Counted from the stretch's first letter, positions 47,865 to 57,421 are shown. The stretch: DNA of 64,000 nucleotides from Candidatus Doudnabacteria bacterium (GCA_037200925.1 JBBCGO010000001.1:601607-665606), one strand, 5' to 3'. Translations and numbers: made by a program. Notes: generated by a model not told the origin, from the sequence alone.

Positions 47865-49721
47865 TTAATCCCCTAACTCCGAAATGAGTTTGGCGCGCGT
47901 CAACGGGCCGAAAACACCGACCTGCGGCAATCCTGTGTTTGCCTGGTATTTTTTGACTGCCGCTCTCGTTAGCTGACCGTAGAACCCGTAAGCAACCCCA
48001 GCCGGAATTCGCAGAAACCCTTTTTGCACCAGAACTGTTTGAAGCGCTTTGACATCCGCGCCGCGCGCGCCCGTGCCGAGCGATCTGCGGAAAATAGTAT
48101 TCGCTTCAGTTTTGTTCATTTGAATGGTTCCAGTATTGGGAAAACCGGGAACAACCGGGAGGGCGGACAGGCCGGGAACAGACACAATGACAGTAACAGA
48201 AGCCGAATCTGTCGCAGTGATCCCATTGGCTGTTCCGGTAGCCGTGGCCGTGTTCGTTGTGGTAGTTTTGAGATTTGTCCTGCAGGCGTAACTCCAAGTT
48301 TCCGAAACATCAAGCAAATTATTGCTATTGGCATCACCGGAAGGGTCTGAGAGCGGACTGCATGTATTATCAATTAGATTCACATTGCTCAAAGCGACGA
48401 TACCCGGATTGGTTACTGTATATGAGTAGGCAATCATTCCTCCTCCAACAGGCAGTGACATTGGACTTGGAATTTTTGTCACATGAATTAAGGGCGGGAT
48501 CACGACTCCTGTATTCGGCAGTCCCGGAGCGCCGACAACTACTGTTGCTGTTGCGGTATCAGTGGTGCTCAGCCCATTGGCGAATCCTGTCGCCGTGACT
48601 GTGTTCGTCTGGGTCGCTGTAAGTGTCGTTGTGCAGGTGTAGACCCAAGTTTCATTCGCATCGAGCGCGCCGTTGTTATTGGCATCGCCTGAAACCAAGG
48701 TTAACGGGCTGCAAGAATCATCCGTCAAAGTTACCGTGGTCATAGGGACTGTTCCGATATTGCGAACCGTATAGTTGTAGATTACAGGCCCTGGTCCTGC
48801 CGGCAGAGCGAGAGGGCTAGGTACTTTCACGACATCGATCATGGGCGGAACCGGGACCGGGCCGGAGCTTGCAGATGCAGGGACGCCGCCGGGAACGGGC
48901 ACCGGTCCGCTGAAAGAAGAAAAATTATCGATCAAGAATCCATTGCCCAAGGTCGCCGGGGCGGCTGTGCCAGCAACGCGGAACATTATTGAATCGACGG
49001 GGAAAGGTATGCCGCCGGCAAAATCGCGGAAATAATCTTCCCAGCTCGTTCCCGTGTGGATGAGTACGCCGTCCAGGTAGACGTTCACAATATCGTTTTC
49101 TGCCCCATCGATGAATTGCATCGTTATTTTGACCGTGTGCGGGACCGTTCTGTCGATACCGGTGGCGATGGGAGTGAGGACAAAATTCGATATTGAGTGC
49201 TGGTAATCCTCAAAATTAAGCTGGAGGCCTGCGGGAGTATCCTGCATCTGCAGCCAGCTCATTCGCATTGTGTCGCCGCGATCCGGGCTTGCGACCACGG
49301 ACAGGCCTGGCTGTTCGCTTCCCGGGACTGTTGAAGCAAAATCCCATTGCGCTTCAAAATACGGCTGGCGTGTTCCTCCGGAAAATGCGCTGCTGCCAGC
49401 CAATGTTTCCCCTGCCTCATCCGCCAAAGATTTGGAAAAAGTCTGGTCGTTAAAACTGCCGCAGGTAATGGCATTGGAAATGCGCAAGCTTTGGGTTCCG
49501 AAATTTGCAAAGCCCGCGGTATTGGGAACCACAGCTACGTCATACAAAGGACAGGTCGAAGACCCGTGTCCGCTGGTCCAGCCATCCTGGCCATTTAAGT
49601 CGCCAAGGGTGAAACCGTCAAAATTCGTACTATTAGTATCGGCAGCAGCTTTCTTCCCTCCCGCCAGGACCAGAATGGCCATAATAAAACCCAAAAAAAA
49701 GCGTTTGAATGTTTTCAACAT
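47865..49721 (-). CDS. Large secreted protein with an N-terminal beta-rich domain, DUF11-like repeats and a C-terminal peptidoglycan-binding domain (PG_binding_1)
   Basis: Internal LPNTG and FPNTG motifs are present. The C-terminal GADVKALQTVLVQKGF...AVKKYQANTGLPQVG region is a PG-binding fold. Confidence 0.65.
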   Translation of the reverse strand: MLKTFKRFFLGFIMAILVLAGGKKAAADTNSTNFDGFTLGDLNGQDGWTSGHGSSTCPLYDVAVVPNTAGFANFGTQSLRISNAITCGSFNDQTFSKSLADEAGETLAGSSAFSGGTRQPYFEAQWDFASTVPGSEQPGLSVVASPDRGDTMRMSWLQMQDTPAGLQLNFEDYQHSISNFVLTPIATGIDRTVPHTVKITMQFIDGAENDIVNVYLDGVLIHTGTSWEDYFRDFAGGIPFPVDSIMFRVAGTAAPATLGNGFLIDNFSSFSGPVPVPGGVPASASSGPVPVPPMIDVVKVPSPLALPAGPGPVIYNYTVRNIGTVPMTTVTLTDDSCSPLTLVSGDANNNGALDANETWVYTCTTTLTATQTNTVTATGFANGLSTTDTATATVVVGAPGLPNTGVVIPPLIHVTKIPSPMSLPVGGGMIAYSYTVTNPGIVALSNVNLIDNTCSPLSDPSGDANSNNLLDVSETWSYACRTNLKTTTTNTATATGTANGITATDSASVTVIVSVPGLSALPVVPGFPNTGTIQMNKTEANTIFRRSLGTGARGADVKALQTVLVQKGFLRIPAGVAYGFYGQLTRAAVKKYQANTGLPQVGVFGPLTRAKLISELGD

Positions 49722-49735
49722 AAAAAAATTAATGA

Positions 49736-50404
49736 TTAATTAGTAGTTTCTTTATCGGTAAATACGATGAGCCGTTTGGAGTAACTCTTCTGGGCTTCAT
49801 CCCAAACCCCTTCGCAGGTGATCAGGTTAAGGTGGGCTTTTCCGTCTGTGGAGCCAAAAATATCCGATGAGTCCGCGTCCGGTTCATAGTTTTTGCTGCC
49901 AACCACAACGAAAGTCATAATCGTTCCAGTGTCGTCTTCGATGTATAATTTATCACCGCTGCGCAATTTATATAAATTATCAAACACAGACTTGTCCCCG
50001 TTTTTCCAAATTCCATAATGGCCGTCAAGAACAGCGCTGCCTGTTTGCCCCGGCCGGGAACCGAGTTGGAACCATCCTACGTCTGAAGGCGCTTTCGGTA
50101 CATCCATCGCTCCGTCAGCAGCAAGGCCAAGATCTACAACTGCGGCATCAACATTTATTGCAGGGATCTTGAGACGAACCGGAAGTCCCGGGCCTGCTTC
50201 GGAATCGGGAGATTCAACTGACTGTCCGCTGATCAGATTTTGGGAAGATTGGCTTGCAACTGAGCCTTGCGGCGCGCCGAGAAAAAAAGTAACTATTAAA
50301 GAGATCGAAGAGAAGGCAACTCCCGCAATGCTGATATAAAGCCAAGACCGTTCAAATGAGATTTTCGATCGCATAGATTTTTTTCCGTCAAAAGCGGCGG
50401 GCAA
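49736..50404 (-). CDS. Sortase-family transpeptidase, paralog of 45030..46016
   Basis: The motifs HLNLITCEGVW and LDGHYGI are present, with an N-terminal TM. Confidence 0.75.
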   Translation of the reverse strand: MPAAFDGKKSMRSKISFERSWLYISIAGVAFSSISLIVTFFLGAPQGSVASQSSQNLISGQSVESPDSEAGPGLPVRLKIPAINVDAAVVDLGLAADGAMDVPKAPSDVGWFQLGSRPGQTGSAVLDGHYGIWKNGDKSVFDNLYKLRSGDKLYIEDDTGTIMTFVVVGSKNYEPDADSSDIFGSTDGKAHLNLITCEGVWDEAQKSYSKRLIVFTDKETTN

Positions 50405-50408
50405 AGTT

Positions 50409-50972
50409 TCATTTATTTACGGGCGGAGTTTCGCCGATTGCCTCGTCTGCGCTGTCGGCATCAGCGTCAGCCTTAGTTTTATGGATTCGGCCGTCAATAT
50501 GATTGGGAGGAGCATAGACTGTGTAAATTTTGAGGTCTTGCGTGCCGGTATTAGTGAAATTATGTTCCGTCCCCGGGACCACGACGACGACATCGCCGGG
50601 TTTGATGGGGAATTTTTTACCGTCCAGTTCGCCCTCGCCCGTACCCGAAAGGAAGAACAGCGTTTGTTCGGTGTACTTATGCGTCTCCGCTCCGACCTCG
50701 CCTCCTGGCGGAATGCTCATGATGACCAGCTGGCTGTTCGCACCGGTGAACAGAACGCGCCGGAAATAATCGTTAGCTTGCGTATCTTTGATGATGTTTG
50801 TATGGTAGCTCATTTTTTTTGGGGTCTGAACGGCGGCCGTAGGCGCTGGTTTCGTATATAATACCATGCCGCGCTGACCGAGTGTCAGAAAGAAAATAAT
50901 TATTGATAAGAAAGCAATTCCTGCGATGCCGATGTTCAACAATGGCCATTTTGACGAAATTTTTGGTCGCAT
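50409..50972 (-). CDS. Membrane-anchored cupin-domain protein
   Basis: The cupin motifs G(X)5HXH-like ETHKYTEQTLFFLSG and PGTEHNFTN are present. Confidence 0.55.
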   Translation of the reverse strand: MRPKISSKWPLLNIGIAGIAFLSIIIFFLTLGQRGMVLYTKPAPTAAVQTPKKMSYHTNIIKDTQANDYFRRVLFTGANSQLVIMSIPPGGEVGAETHKYTEQTLFFLSGTGEGELDGKKFPIKPGDVVVVVPGTEHNFTNTGTQDLKIYTVYAPPNHIDGRIHKTKADADADSADEAIGETPPVNK

Positions 50973-51101
50973 AGATCTTTTATGAGCTTCTAAGGTAAAG
51001 GCTCCGCTTGAGCGGAGCCTTTACAGTCTTTAGGCTAAGCGCATTTTGCTGACACTTAACATCTAGATTAAGTTGCGTTTTAAAACTACAGTGGACTATG
51101 A

Positions 51102-52664
51102 TTAAGCTGTCAGTTTTTTTCTCATCAAGTAGGATGAGAACAATCCGAGGAAGATCCCGGCTGTCGGAATGACGATGCCCCAAGGAGTGTTTTTCTTTTC
51201 CGGAGCAAATCCCGCTGCCGGCAAAGGCGGAGCTACGATCGCAGCCGGAGCCAGGCTCGGTACAACCACTGTAGCGGTAGCGACATCTGTTGCGGTAATG
51301 CCATTGGCAGTTCCGGTCGCTGTTGCCGTGTTCGTTGTGGTTGCGGTCAGGTTTGAGGTGCAGGTATACGTCCAGGTTTCCGTAGGATCAAGCAAATTAT
51401 CGGCATTGATGTCGCCGGTATGCCCTGAGATGCCGCTGCAGAAGTTATCGGTCAGAGTGACGTTGCTTAGAGCAACAGTGCCAGGATTGGTTAAATTGTA
51501 AGTGTATGTGACCAGTCCGCCGTTGGCTGAAGGAGTGACGAACATGTTTGGTGTTTTTACCACATGGATCAGGGGCGGAATAATTGCCGCGCCAACAATC
51601 ACTGTTGCGCTGGCAATATGGGTTGTGCTCTGGCCAAGATAATATCCGGTCGCTGTGACAGTGTTCGTGTGCGTGGCCGCAAGCGTCGTGGTGCAGGTGT
51701 AGACCCAGGTTTCATTCACATCCAGCGCGCCGTTGTTATTAGTGTCTCCTGACTGCAGAACTATCGGGCTGCAGGTATCACCAACCATGGTTACTGTGGT
51801 CATGGGCACGGTTCCAATATTAGTGGCAGTGTAAGTATAAGTTACGGGCCCTGGTCCTCCCGGCAGAGCCAAAGGATTTGGTACTTTCAAGACATCAATA
51901 AGCGGTGGAACAACAACTGGGCCATTGGAACCCGCTGGAGGCGTACCCGCGCATGTCGGTGGTACGTTAATGGTGTCGGTATCGGTCGTTACTGTTCCGC
52001 CAAATGCCAAAAGCCTTCCAGACCAGTTTGTAGTACTGCCGACAGTAATACCTGCAGCATCAATATCAGTTCCAATCATTGTAGTATTAGCACTAAGCGT
52101 CGTGGCCTGGGTCGGTGTCCAAAAAACATCGCATGGTGAAGCTCCGGCGAGTGCGACAATCGCTCCGGGCGATGAAGTAAGAGCGCCAACAGCTCTGAAG
52201 ATGTAAGTTCCAGCACCTGTAAGAGTAATTGTAGCCGATATATTCATTGCCCCTCCACTGCAATATATTCCAGGAGCATAAACTCCAATCGTACCATGAA
52301 TAACGTCAGTTCCAAGATCTATTGGACCTCCCCACGTGGTTGTGCACGGTGATTGGGCAGCCAAAGCAGCTAAGGCTGCACCTTGATCCGTACCTGCCGT
52401 GGTATATGGAGGGGTATTGCCATAACGTGCCTGAGCTCCCGCAGGATGGACGGGCGCTCCTGTAGTAAATCCGATATCGCCATTGACTGTGGTTCCTGCG
52501 GTTGTGTTAGTAAAGGTACTGGCAAGAATAGCATAGGATGTCGCAGCGCCAAGGTTAGGCGTAGTTGCTGCGATTGCGGCCATTGGCTCGGCAAAACCCA
52601 GGGCCAAGAGCGTTAAACAGGCTACAAATAGTGTTAAAATAGAGTTTTTATTGAATATTTTCAT
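51102..52664 (-). CDS. Surface protein with an N-terminal DUF3494 (ice-binding-like) domain, DUF11-like repeats and a C-terminal sorting signal (LPAAG + TM + MRKK)
   Basis: The DUF3494 signature SYAILASTFTNTTAGTTVNGDIG is present. The DUF11 repeats resemble those in neighbouring genes. The C-terminus reads PPLPAAGFAPEKKNTPWGIVIPTAGIFLGLFSSYLMRKKLTA. Confidence 0.7.
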   Translation of the reverse strand: MKIFNKNSILTLFVACLTLLALGFAEPMAAIAATTPNLGAATSYAILASTFTNTTAGTTVNGDIGFTTGAPVHPAGAQARYGNTPPYTTAGTDQGAALAALAAQSPCTTTWGGPIDLGTDVIHGTIGVYAPGIYCSGGAMNISATITLTGAGTYIFRAVGALTSSPGAIVALAGASPCDVFWTPTQATTLSANTTMIGTDIDAAGITVGSTTNWSGRLLAFGGTVTTDTDTINVPPTCAGTPPAGSNGPVVVPPLIDVLKVPNPLALPGGPGPVTYTYTATNIGTVPMTTVTMVGDTCSPIVLQSGDTNNNGALDVNETWVYTCTTTLAATHTNTVTATGYYLGQSTTHIASATVIVGAAIIPPLIHVVKTPNMFVTPSANGGLVTYTYNLTNPGTVALSNVTLTDNFCSGISGHTGDINADNLLDPTETWTYTCTSNLTATTTNTATATGTANGITATDVATATVVVPSLAPAAIVAPPLPAAGFAPEKKNTPWGIVIPTAGIFLGLFSSYLMRKKLTA

Positions 52665-52933
52665 AATTTTTTATTTTTTGGTTAATGATTTGTGTGAGTT
52701 GTATATTGATGTTTACAGGGTTGAAGATATTGGTTTAAGCGGGTCGACCACTCAGCTTGTTCCAATATTTGATGTTTTGTTAAGTAATTTTGGCAACAAA
52801 AAATTCCGGGCCAGATTCCCAACTGTCTTTATAATATGATCCTTTGTCTTTTTTTGTTTCAATGTCTTATTAACTTAAGCTATATATATATTATAGCACA
52901 ATTACAAAAAAATTGCAATATCCACAGAGTAGC

Positions 52934-53341
52934 TTACGTTGTTGGTGTTTTTTCTTCAGGCTGATTGTTTTTTGCAAGAAACCTTTTTACTTTCTCGACA
53001 ATATCGCCTACAGCCTGGTTTGATTTGATCAGATATTCGTCTGATCCCAGTCCAAGGCCTTTTTTGATGTCTTCGTCTTCGCCAAGTAGCGTGAGTATTA
53101 CCACAGGGATGGCTTTCGTGTCAGGAGAATTTTTTAATTCCTCGAGCACTTCCAGGCCCGGCTTTTTTGGAAGGATGAGATCAAGCATCACTACATCGGG
53201 GCGCTTGGACTTCACCAGTTCCAGACCGGCAATACCATCAAATGCCTGAAAGACCTCAAATCCGGCATCTCTGAATTCCGTAGAAAGCACTTTGGACAGA
53301 ATTTCATCGTCTTCAATCAATGCTATTTTTTTTGCGCTCAT
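52934..53341 (-). CDS. Stand-alone response-regulator receiver protein, paralog of 39763..40155
   Basis: The receiver motifs are present (EDDE, D in MLDLILP, conserved K). The gene lies immediately downstream of the histidine kinase. Confidence 0.8.
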   Translation of the reverse strand: MSAKKIALIEDDEILSKVLSTEFRDAGFEVFQAFDGIAGLELVKSKRPDVVMLDLILPKKPGLEVLEELKNSPDTKAIPVVILTLLGEDEDIKKGLGLGSDEYLIKSNQAVGDIVEKVKRFLAKNNQPEEKTPTT

Positions 53342-53369
53342 ATAAATTCCGCATTCGCGCCTAATTTAT

Positions 53370-54995
53370 TTATTTAAGATTTTTAACATATGCCAATCCG
53401 CTTCCTCCGGCTTTGGACGGCGATATCAAAGGCAGTTCAACAAAGAAAGTCGTGCCTTTTTCTTCCGGCAGTGTGGGCGATTCAACCCAGATCTTTCCTC
53501 CCAGCAGTTTTGCCGCTTCGCGGGCGATGTAAAGACCCAATCCCGTGCCGTCGGTTTTTGTAACAACTGCATTGCTCGCGCGCATGAACTTTTCAAACAA
53601 ATGTTCCTGATCCTTCTTGGGGATCCCGATGCCGGAGTCTTTGACCTGGAGGATCACCGAATTTTCCTTCTTCTCCAGCAAGATATCGATCTTTCCGGCG
53701 GGCGGAGTATAATCTATTGCATTGGTAACGAGATTCTGCAGGATGTATTCGAGCAGGTTCATATCCGTAACAATCGTAATTTCTTCCGGGTGCGGCGTGA
53801 ATTTAAGCGACAATTTTTTCTTTTCGGAAAGCAGGCGGTATTCGCCAATGTGTTTTTCGATAAAACCGACCAACTCCAGGGATTCAGCATGTACACCGAC
53901 GCTCCCGTTCTCGATCCGGGAAGTATCCAGCAACAATTTTACCAGTGCATTGGAGCGTTGAACCGAATAAAGAATATCATTGAGATATTCTTTACCTTTG
54001 TCCGTTAATTTTTCTTTTTTCATGATCAGCTCGATCAGCCACCTTATGCCCGTAAGCGGTGTGCGCAATTGGTGTGATGCGAGCGAAACGAATTCAGTTT
54101 TGGCGCGGTCGATCTCTTTTTCGCGGGTTATATCCCGGAAGATGTTTATTGCTCCTATGACTTTGCCGCCAAGGACTATGGGAGACACGGTTCTTGATAC
54201 AGGGAATTTTGTCCCGTCCTTTCTTATGTAATAAAAGGAAGTTGTTATAGTTGTGGTCGTGGTTGCGGCCGTTGTCAGAGCGGCATGTATAGCCCCTTCC
54301 TCAGCTGACAGCGGATTGCCCTTCTCGTCCTCGCGAATCAGGATCTCATACCATTGCTTGCCGATCGATTCGGAGCTGTTATAGCCGAGCATCTGTTCGG
54401 CCGTGTGGTTCATAAAAATGATCTTCCCTTTCTCATCAAGCGCTATCAGCCCGTCGCCGACCGAAAGCAAGATCGCCTCTTCTTTGGCTTTTGCCTGCGC
54501 TAGCTTTTCCGCCTCAGCCTGAAGATCTTCGTAGACATTCCGCGCGGCTATCTTTGCGTTTTCCAGATCTTTCTCCACCCGTTTCCTGGTAGAGATATTT
54601 TGAAATGAAGCTGCGCCTATAATACCTACCGCTATGAGAAGAGAGGAGGTGGTCAGCCCGTCCAGTGGAGTTGCATATAAACTTTTTGCAGAAACAGCTG
54701 CTGCTTGAGGGACCTGAATTGATCCTGTTAACGGGAATTTAACCGTTTGGGATAAAGCGGTCTGGGGTAAACTTTGGTTGGATGGAGGCAGCAATAGAAA
54801 ATAGATCTCAGCTCCAAGGATCACAAAAAAAATTAAGATCAGAATCAAATTGAATAAATATGCAGTTTTTTTTTGAGTCTTCTGTTGCCTGCTTTTTTTG
54901 GTTAAAAAGAAAAAAATAAAAAGTGCTAACAATGCACCTGATAAGATGCTCCATACTATGATCTTTATATCGGAATTCACCGTAATAGAGTTCAT
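53370..54995 (-). CDS. Membrane sensor histidine kinase (2 TM, coiled-coil, PAS, HisKA, HATPase)
   Basis: The H-box SHQLRTP is present, with DSGIGIP and GTGLGL. The PAS domain has the same Thr-rich insert as the kinase at 37351. Confidence 0.85.
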   Translation of the reverse strand: MNSITVNSDIKIIVWSILSGALLALFIFFFLTKKSRQQKTQKKTAYLFNLILILIFFVILGAEIYFLLLPPSNQSLPQTALSQTVKFPLTGSIQVPQAAAVSAKSLYATPLDGLTTSSLLIAVGIIGAASFQNISTRKRVEKDLENAKIAARNVYEDLQAEAEKLAQAKAKEEAILLSVGDGLIALDEKGKIIFMNHTAEQMLGYNSSESIGKQWYEILIREDEKGNPLSAEEGAIHAALTTAATTTTTITTSFYYIRKDGTKFPVSRTVSPIVLGGKVIGAINIFRDITREKEIDRAKTEFVSLASHQLRTPLTGIRWLIELIMKKEKLTDKGKEYLNDILYSVQRSNALVKLLLDTSRIENGSVGVHAESLELVGFIEKHIGEYRLLSEKKKLSLKFTPHPEEITIVTDMNLLEYILQNLVTNAIDYTPPAGKIDILLEKKENSVILQVKDSGIGIPKKDQEHLFEKFMRASNAVVTKTDGTGLGLYIAREAAKLLGGKIWVESPTLPEEKGTTFFVELPLISPSKAGGSGLAYVKNLK

Positions 54996-54998
54996 TTG

Positions 54999-55817
54999 TC
55001 AGCGATTTTTTTGATTACCATCGCCGTTTTTGATTTGTTTTTTCAGGTCATCGATTTCTTTTTTGAGCTCCACCATTTTCAGTTCCCTGCCGATCATGCT
55101 TTTATTCACTGATTCCAATTCTGTTACTCTGCTGAGCAGTTCTTTTGCGCGCTCGGCGATCTTGACCTCGAGGCTTTTGGTATATTCGGCTAATTTACCC
55201 TCAAGCCCTTTTCTGGTGGTGATGTCTTCCATGGCCAGGATGATCAGTTGCACAGTGTCTATTTGTTTGGCATTGAGCAGTATAGTTTTTTCACCGATGG
55301 TTTCGAAAGTATGCGTGACGCCGTAATCCCTGACCATTTTTTTCTCCGGCAGAATTTCTTCCAGCAGGCTCTTCAGTTCAGGAATATTCCACTGGCCGTT
55401 CCCCAGTTTATAAAGAAGAATATTTTCCGTTTCTTGGGGCGAAACCTGAAAGGTTTCATAGAAAGTCGGATTCGCTTCAACCACGCGAAGATCAGCGTCA
55501 AGAATTAAGAACGACTCTCTGGCAACGTCTACCAAAGTTTTCATATAATGCAAAGCTTCCTGTTGTGATTCTTTGATCTCCTGCTTTGATTCTGTTAACT
55601 GCGCTTCTGATTCTTTTATTTTCTCTTCCGATTCTGTTATATTCTGCTTTGATTCTGTTAACTGCGCTTCTGATTTTTTTATTTTTTGTTTCGATTCTTT
55701 TACATCCTGCTTTGATTCTCTAATGTCCTCTTCGGATTCTCTTACTCCCAGTTTTGATTCTTTTAACTCCGCTTCCGATTCTTTTAATGTATCTGATTTT
55801 TTTGTGTCGTCGTTCAT
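54999..55817 (-). CDS. PAS-like domain protein with N-terminal ESK-rich coiled-coil tandem repeats, upstream partner of the histidine kinase and response regulator
   Basis: Repeats of KESEAQLTESKQ are followed by a PAS-like core and a C-terminal coiled-coil. The underlying DNA repeat spans 55560-55800. Confidence 0.55.
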   Translation of the reverse strand: MNDDTKKSDTLKESEAELKESKLGVRESEEDIRESKQDVKESKQKIKKSEAQLTESKQNITESEEKIKESEAQLTESKQEIKESQQEALHYMKTLVDVARESFLILDADLRVVEANPTFYETFQVSPQETENILLYKLGNGQWNIPELKSLLEEILPEKKMVRDYGVTHTFETIGEKTILLNAKQIDTVQLIILAMEDITTRKGLEGKLAEYTKSLEVKIAERAKELLSRVTELESVNKSMIGRELKMVELKKEIDDLKKQIKNGDGNQKNR

Positions 55818-56035
55818 ATTTTTGATCCCCCCAGTTAGTTTTAAGATTTTTAAGCTAAAATTAGTTTAATATTCCCTACGGTATAAAATCAGAATAGTTA
55901 AATTTTACCCCAATGTCAATAAACGCCAGTAAATCACTATATATCCGGCCAAAAATATTATAAATTGAGCGGGGTTTAATAATAAGGGCTTCGCAAAAGC
56001 CGCGAAGCCCCGAGTCCCAGCAGGACGCGTAACAG

Positions 56036-56905
56036 TCAGTACTTTTTTTTGTCCTTGTCGTGATCTTTGTCTTTGTGTTCGTCCTTGTGGTCTTTATCGT
56101 GATCCTTATGATCCTTGTCCTTGTGGTGATCACGATCGTGGTCCTTGTCGTGGTGATGATGGTGGTGCTTCTTGGGCGGCACTTCGCACTTTTCCACCGG
56201 CGGGAAAGTGGAACCCTTTGAGCAGACGGCGACATGGTTCGTGTCCATCGTCACCGCTGCCGTGAGGGCTATCACACTGCCGGAAACATTGACGCCGGTC
56301 GTCAGGGTGACGCTCGCCAGTGCCAGAATGTTTCCCGCAAATTGCGTGCCGGTTCCGAGGGTAGCGGAGCTTCCGATCTGCCAAAAGACATTTCCGCAAT
56401 TCGTTGCATCCATCATGACAACGTGCGAGTTGCTTGCGGTTGTCAGCGTGCTTGCGATCTGGAAAACCCAGGGACCGGACCCGGTCAGAACGAGCGTTCC
56501 GGTCAGCTGCGCCGAGGAGTTGAAACAGTACACTCCCGGCGGAAGCGTGAGCGTGCCCAGATCTTGGCCGGTCAGATTATTGACGCTTGGGCAAGGCAAC
56601 GCTTTTAGCGCGGCGTACGCCAGGTGGGCATCTGCTTGAGCTGTTGCCGCGCGCATGTTGCCCGCGTTTATTGTTCCTCCGACCACGACTCCCGGCGGGA
56701 AGCCGGTGATCGAGGTGCCGGGACTGACCCCGAGATCACCGGTGACGACGCTCGCGCCGGTGTTGGTGACCGTCGTGGCGCCAAGCACGGCGAAGTTCTG
56801 CGCCGAACCGAGCGACTGGGCGGATGCCGCGGAAGCGAAGAGAACAATCGCAGCGAGAGGGACAGACACAAACCACCGCATCTTCTTTCGCATACAATCC
56901 TCCAT
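56036..56905 (-). CDS. Secreted DUF3494 (ice-binding-like) domain protein with a C-terminal His/Asp/Lys-rich tail, GC about 62%
   Basis: A signal peptide is present. The DUF3494 signature is FAVLGATTVTNTGASVVTGDLGVSPGTSITGF. The tail reads HHHHHHDKDHDRDHHKDKDHKDHDKDHKDEHKDKDHDKDKKKY. Confidence 0.65.
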   Translation of the reverse strand: MEDCMRKKMRWFVSVPLAAIVLFASAASAQSLGSAQNFAVLGATTVTNTGASVVTGDLGVSPGTSITGFPPGVVVGGTINAGNMRAATAQADAHLAYAALKALPCPSVNNLTGQDLGTLTLPPGVYCFNSSAQLTGTLVLTGSGPWVFQIASTLTTASNSHVVMMDATNCGNVFWQIGSSATLGTGTQFAGNILALASVTLTTGVNVSGSVIALTAAVTMDTNHVAVCSKGSTFPPVEKCEVPPKKHHHHHHDKDHDRDHHKDKDHKDHDKDHKDEHKDKDHDKDKKKY

Positions 56906-57020
56906 GGAAAACCGAGTATAGCTTCATTATAAAATGTTATTTATTCAATTACAAAAGAAAAAAAACGGAACAGGTCCGTTTACGAAAATTATTTCTGAAT
57001 TCAGGCCATTATAAAATTGA

Positions 57021-57049
57021 TTGACCTAAGAACGAAATTTGCTTATAAT
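57021..57049 (+). promoter_or_regulatory. Sigma70-like promoter for the tRNA operon: TTGACC, a 17-nt spacer, then TATAAT
   Basis: The hexamers are near-consensus and lie 31 nt upstream of tRNA-Leu(GAG). Confidence 0.6.
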
Positions 57050-57079
57050 TGATAGGATTTTTGTGCAAATTGAATTCAT

Positions 57080-57165
57080 GCACGGGTGGCGAAATGGTAC
57101 ACGCACTACCTTGAGGTGGTAGCGCCCGCAAGGGCTTGGAGGTTCGAGTCCTCTCCCGTGCACCA
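57080..57165 (+). tRNA. tRNA-Leu (GAG)
   Basis: The acceptor is GCACGGG/CCCGTGC and the anticodon loop is TTGAGGT. It has a long variable arm and ends ACCA. Confidence 0.85.
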
Positions 57166-57166
57166 C

Positions 57167-57241
57167 GGGCGGTTAGCTCAGTGGTAGAGCGTCTCGTTTA
57201 CACCGAGAAGGCCGTAGGTCCGATCCCTACACCGCCCACCA
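57167..57241 (+). tRNA. tRNA-Val (TAC)
   Basis: The acceptor is GGGCGGT/ACCGCCC, the D-arm is GCTCAGTGGTAGAGC and the anticodon loop is TTTACAC. It ends ACCA. Confidence 0.85.
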
Positions 57242-57273
57242 ATAAGATTTGGTATAATAGGATTTCTAAGACC

Positions 57274-57325
57274 AAAAAATTGAGTCGCAGTCCCGATTTA
57301 TCGGGACGAGAACAATTTTTTTGAG
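57274..57325 (+). repeat. U-type palindromic element (A6-TTGAGTCGCAG-TCCCGAtttaTCGGGA-CGAGAACAA-T7-GAG)
   Basis: It belongs to the same family as 36836, 57422 and 22741, and abuts tRNA-Phe. Confidence 0.7.
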
Positions 57326-57328
57326 GAC

Positions 57329-57403
57329 GCCTCGGTAGCTCATTGGTAGAGCGCAGCCCTGAAGAGGCTGGCGTAGTCAGTTCGATTCTGACCCGAGGCA
57401 CCA
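57329..57403 (+). tRNA. tRNA-Phe (GAA)
   Basis: The acceptor is GCCTCGG/CCGAGGC and the anticodon loop is CTGAAGA. It ends ACCA. Confidence 0.85.
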
Positions 57404-57421
57404 AAGAATATAAGGAATTAC

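Noticed and set aside
56130-56932. Multiple overlapping ORFs on both strands within 56036..56905
   Set aside because: The high GC of about 62% generates spurious stop-free frames. Only the frame encoding the signal peptide and DUF3494 domain carries recognisable protein features.
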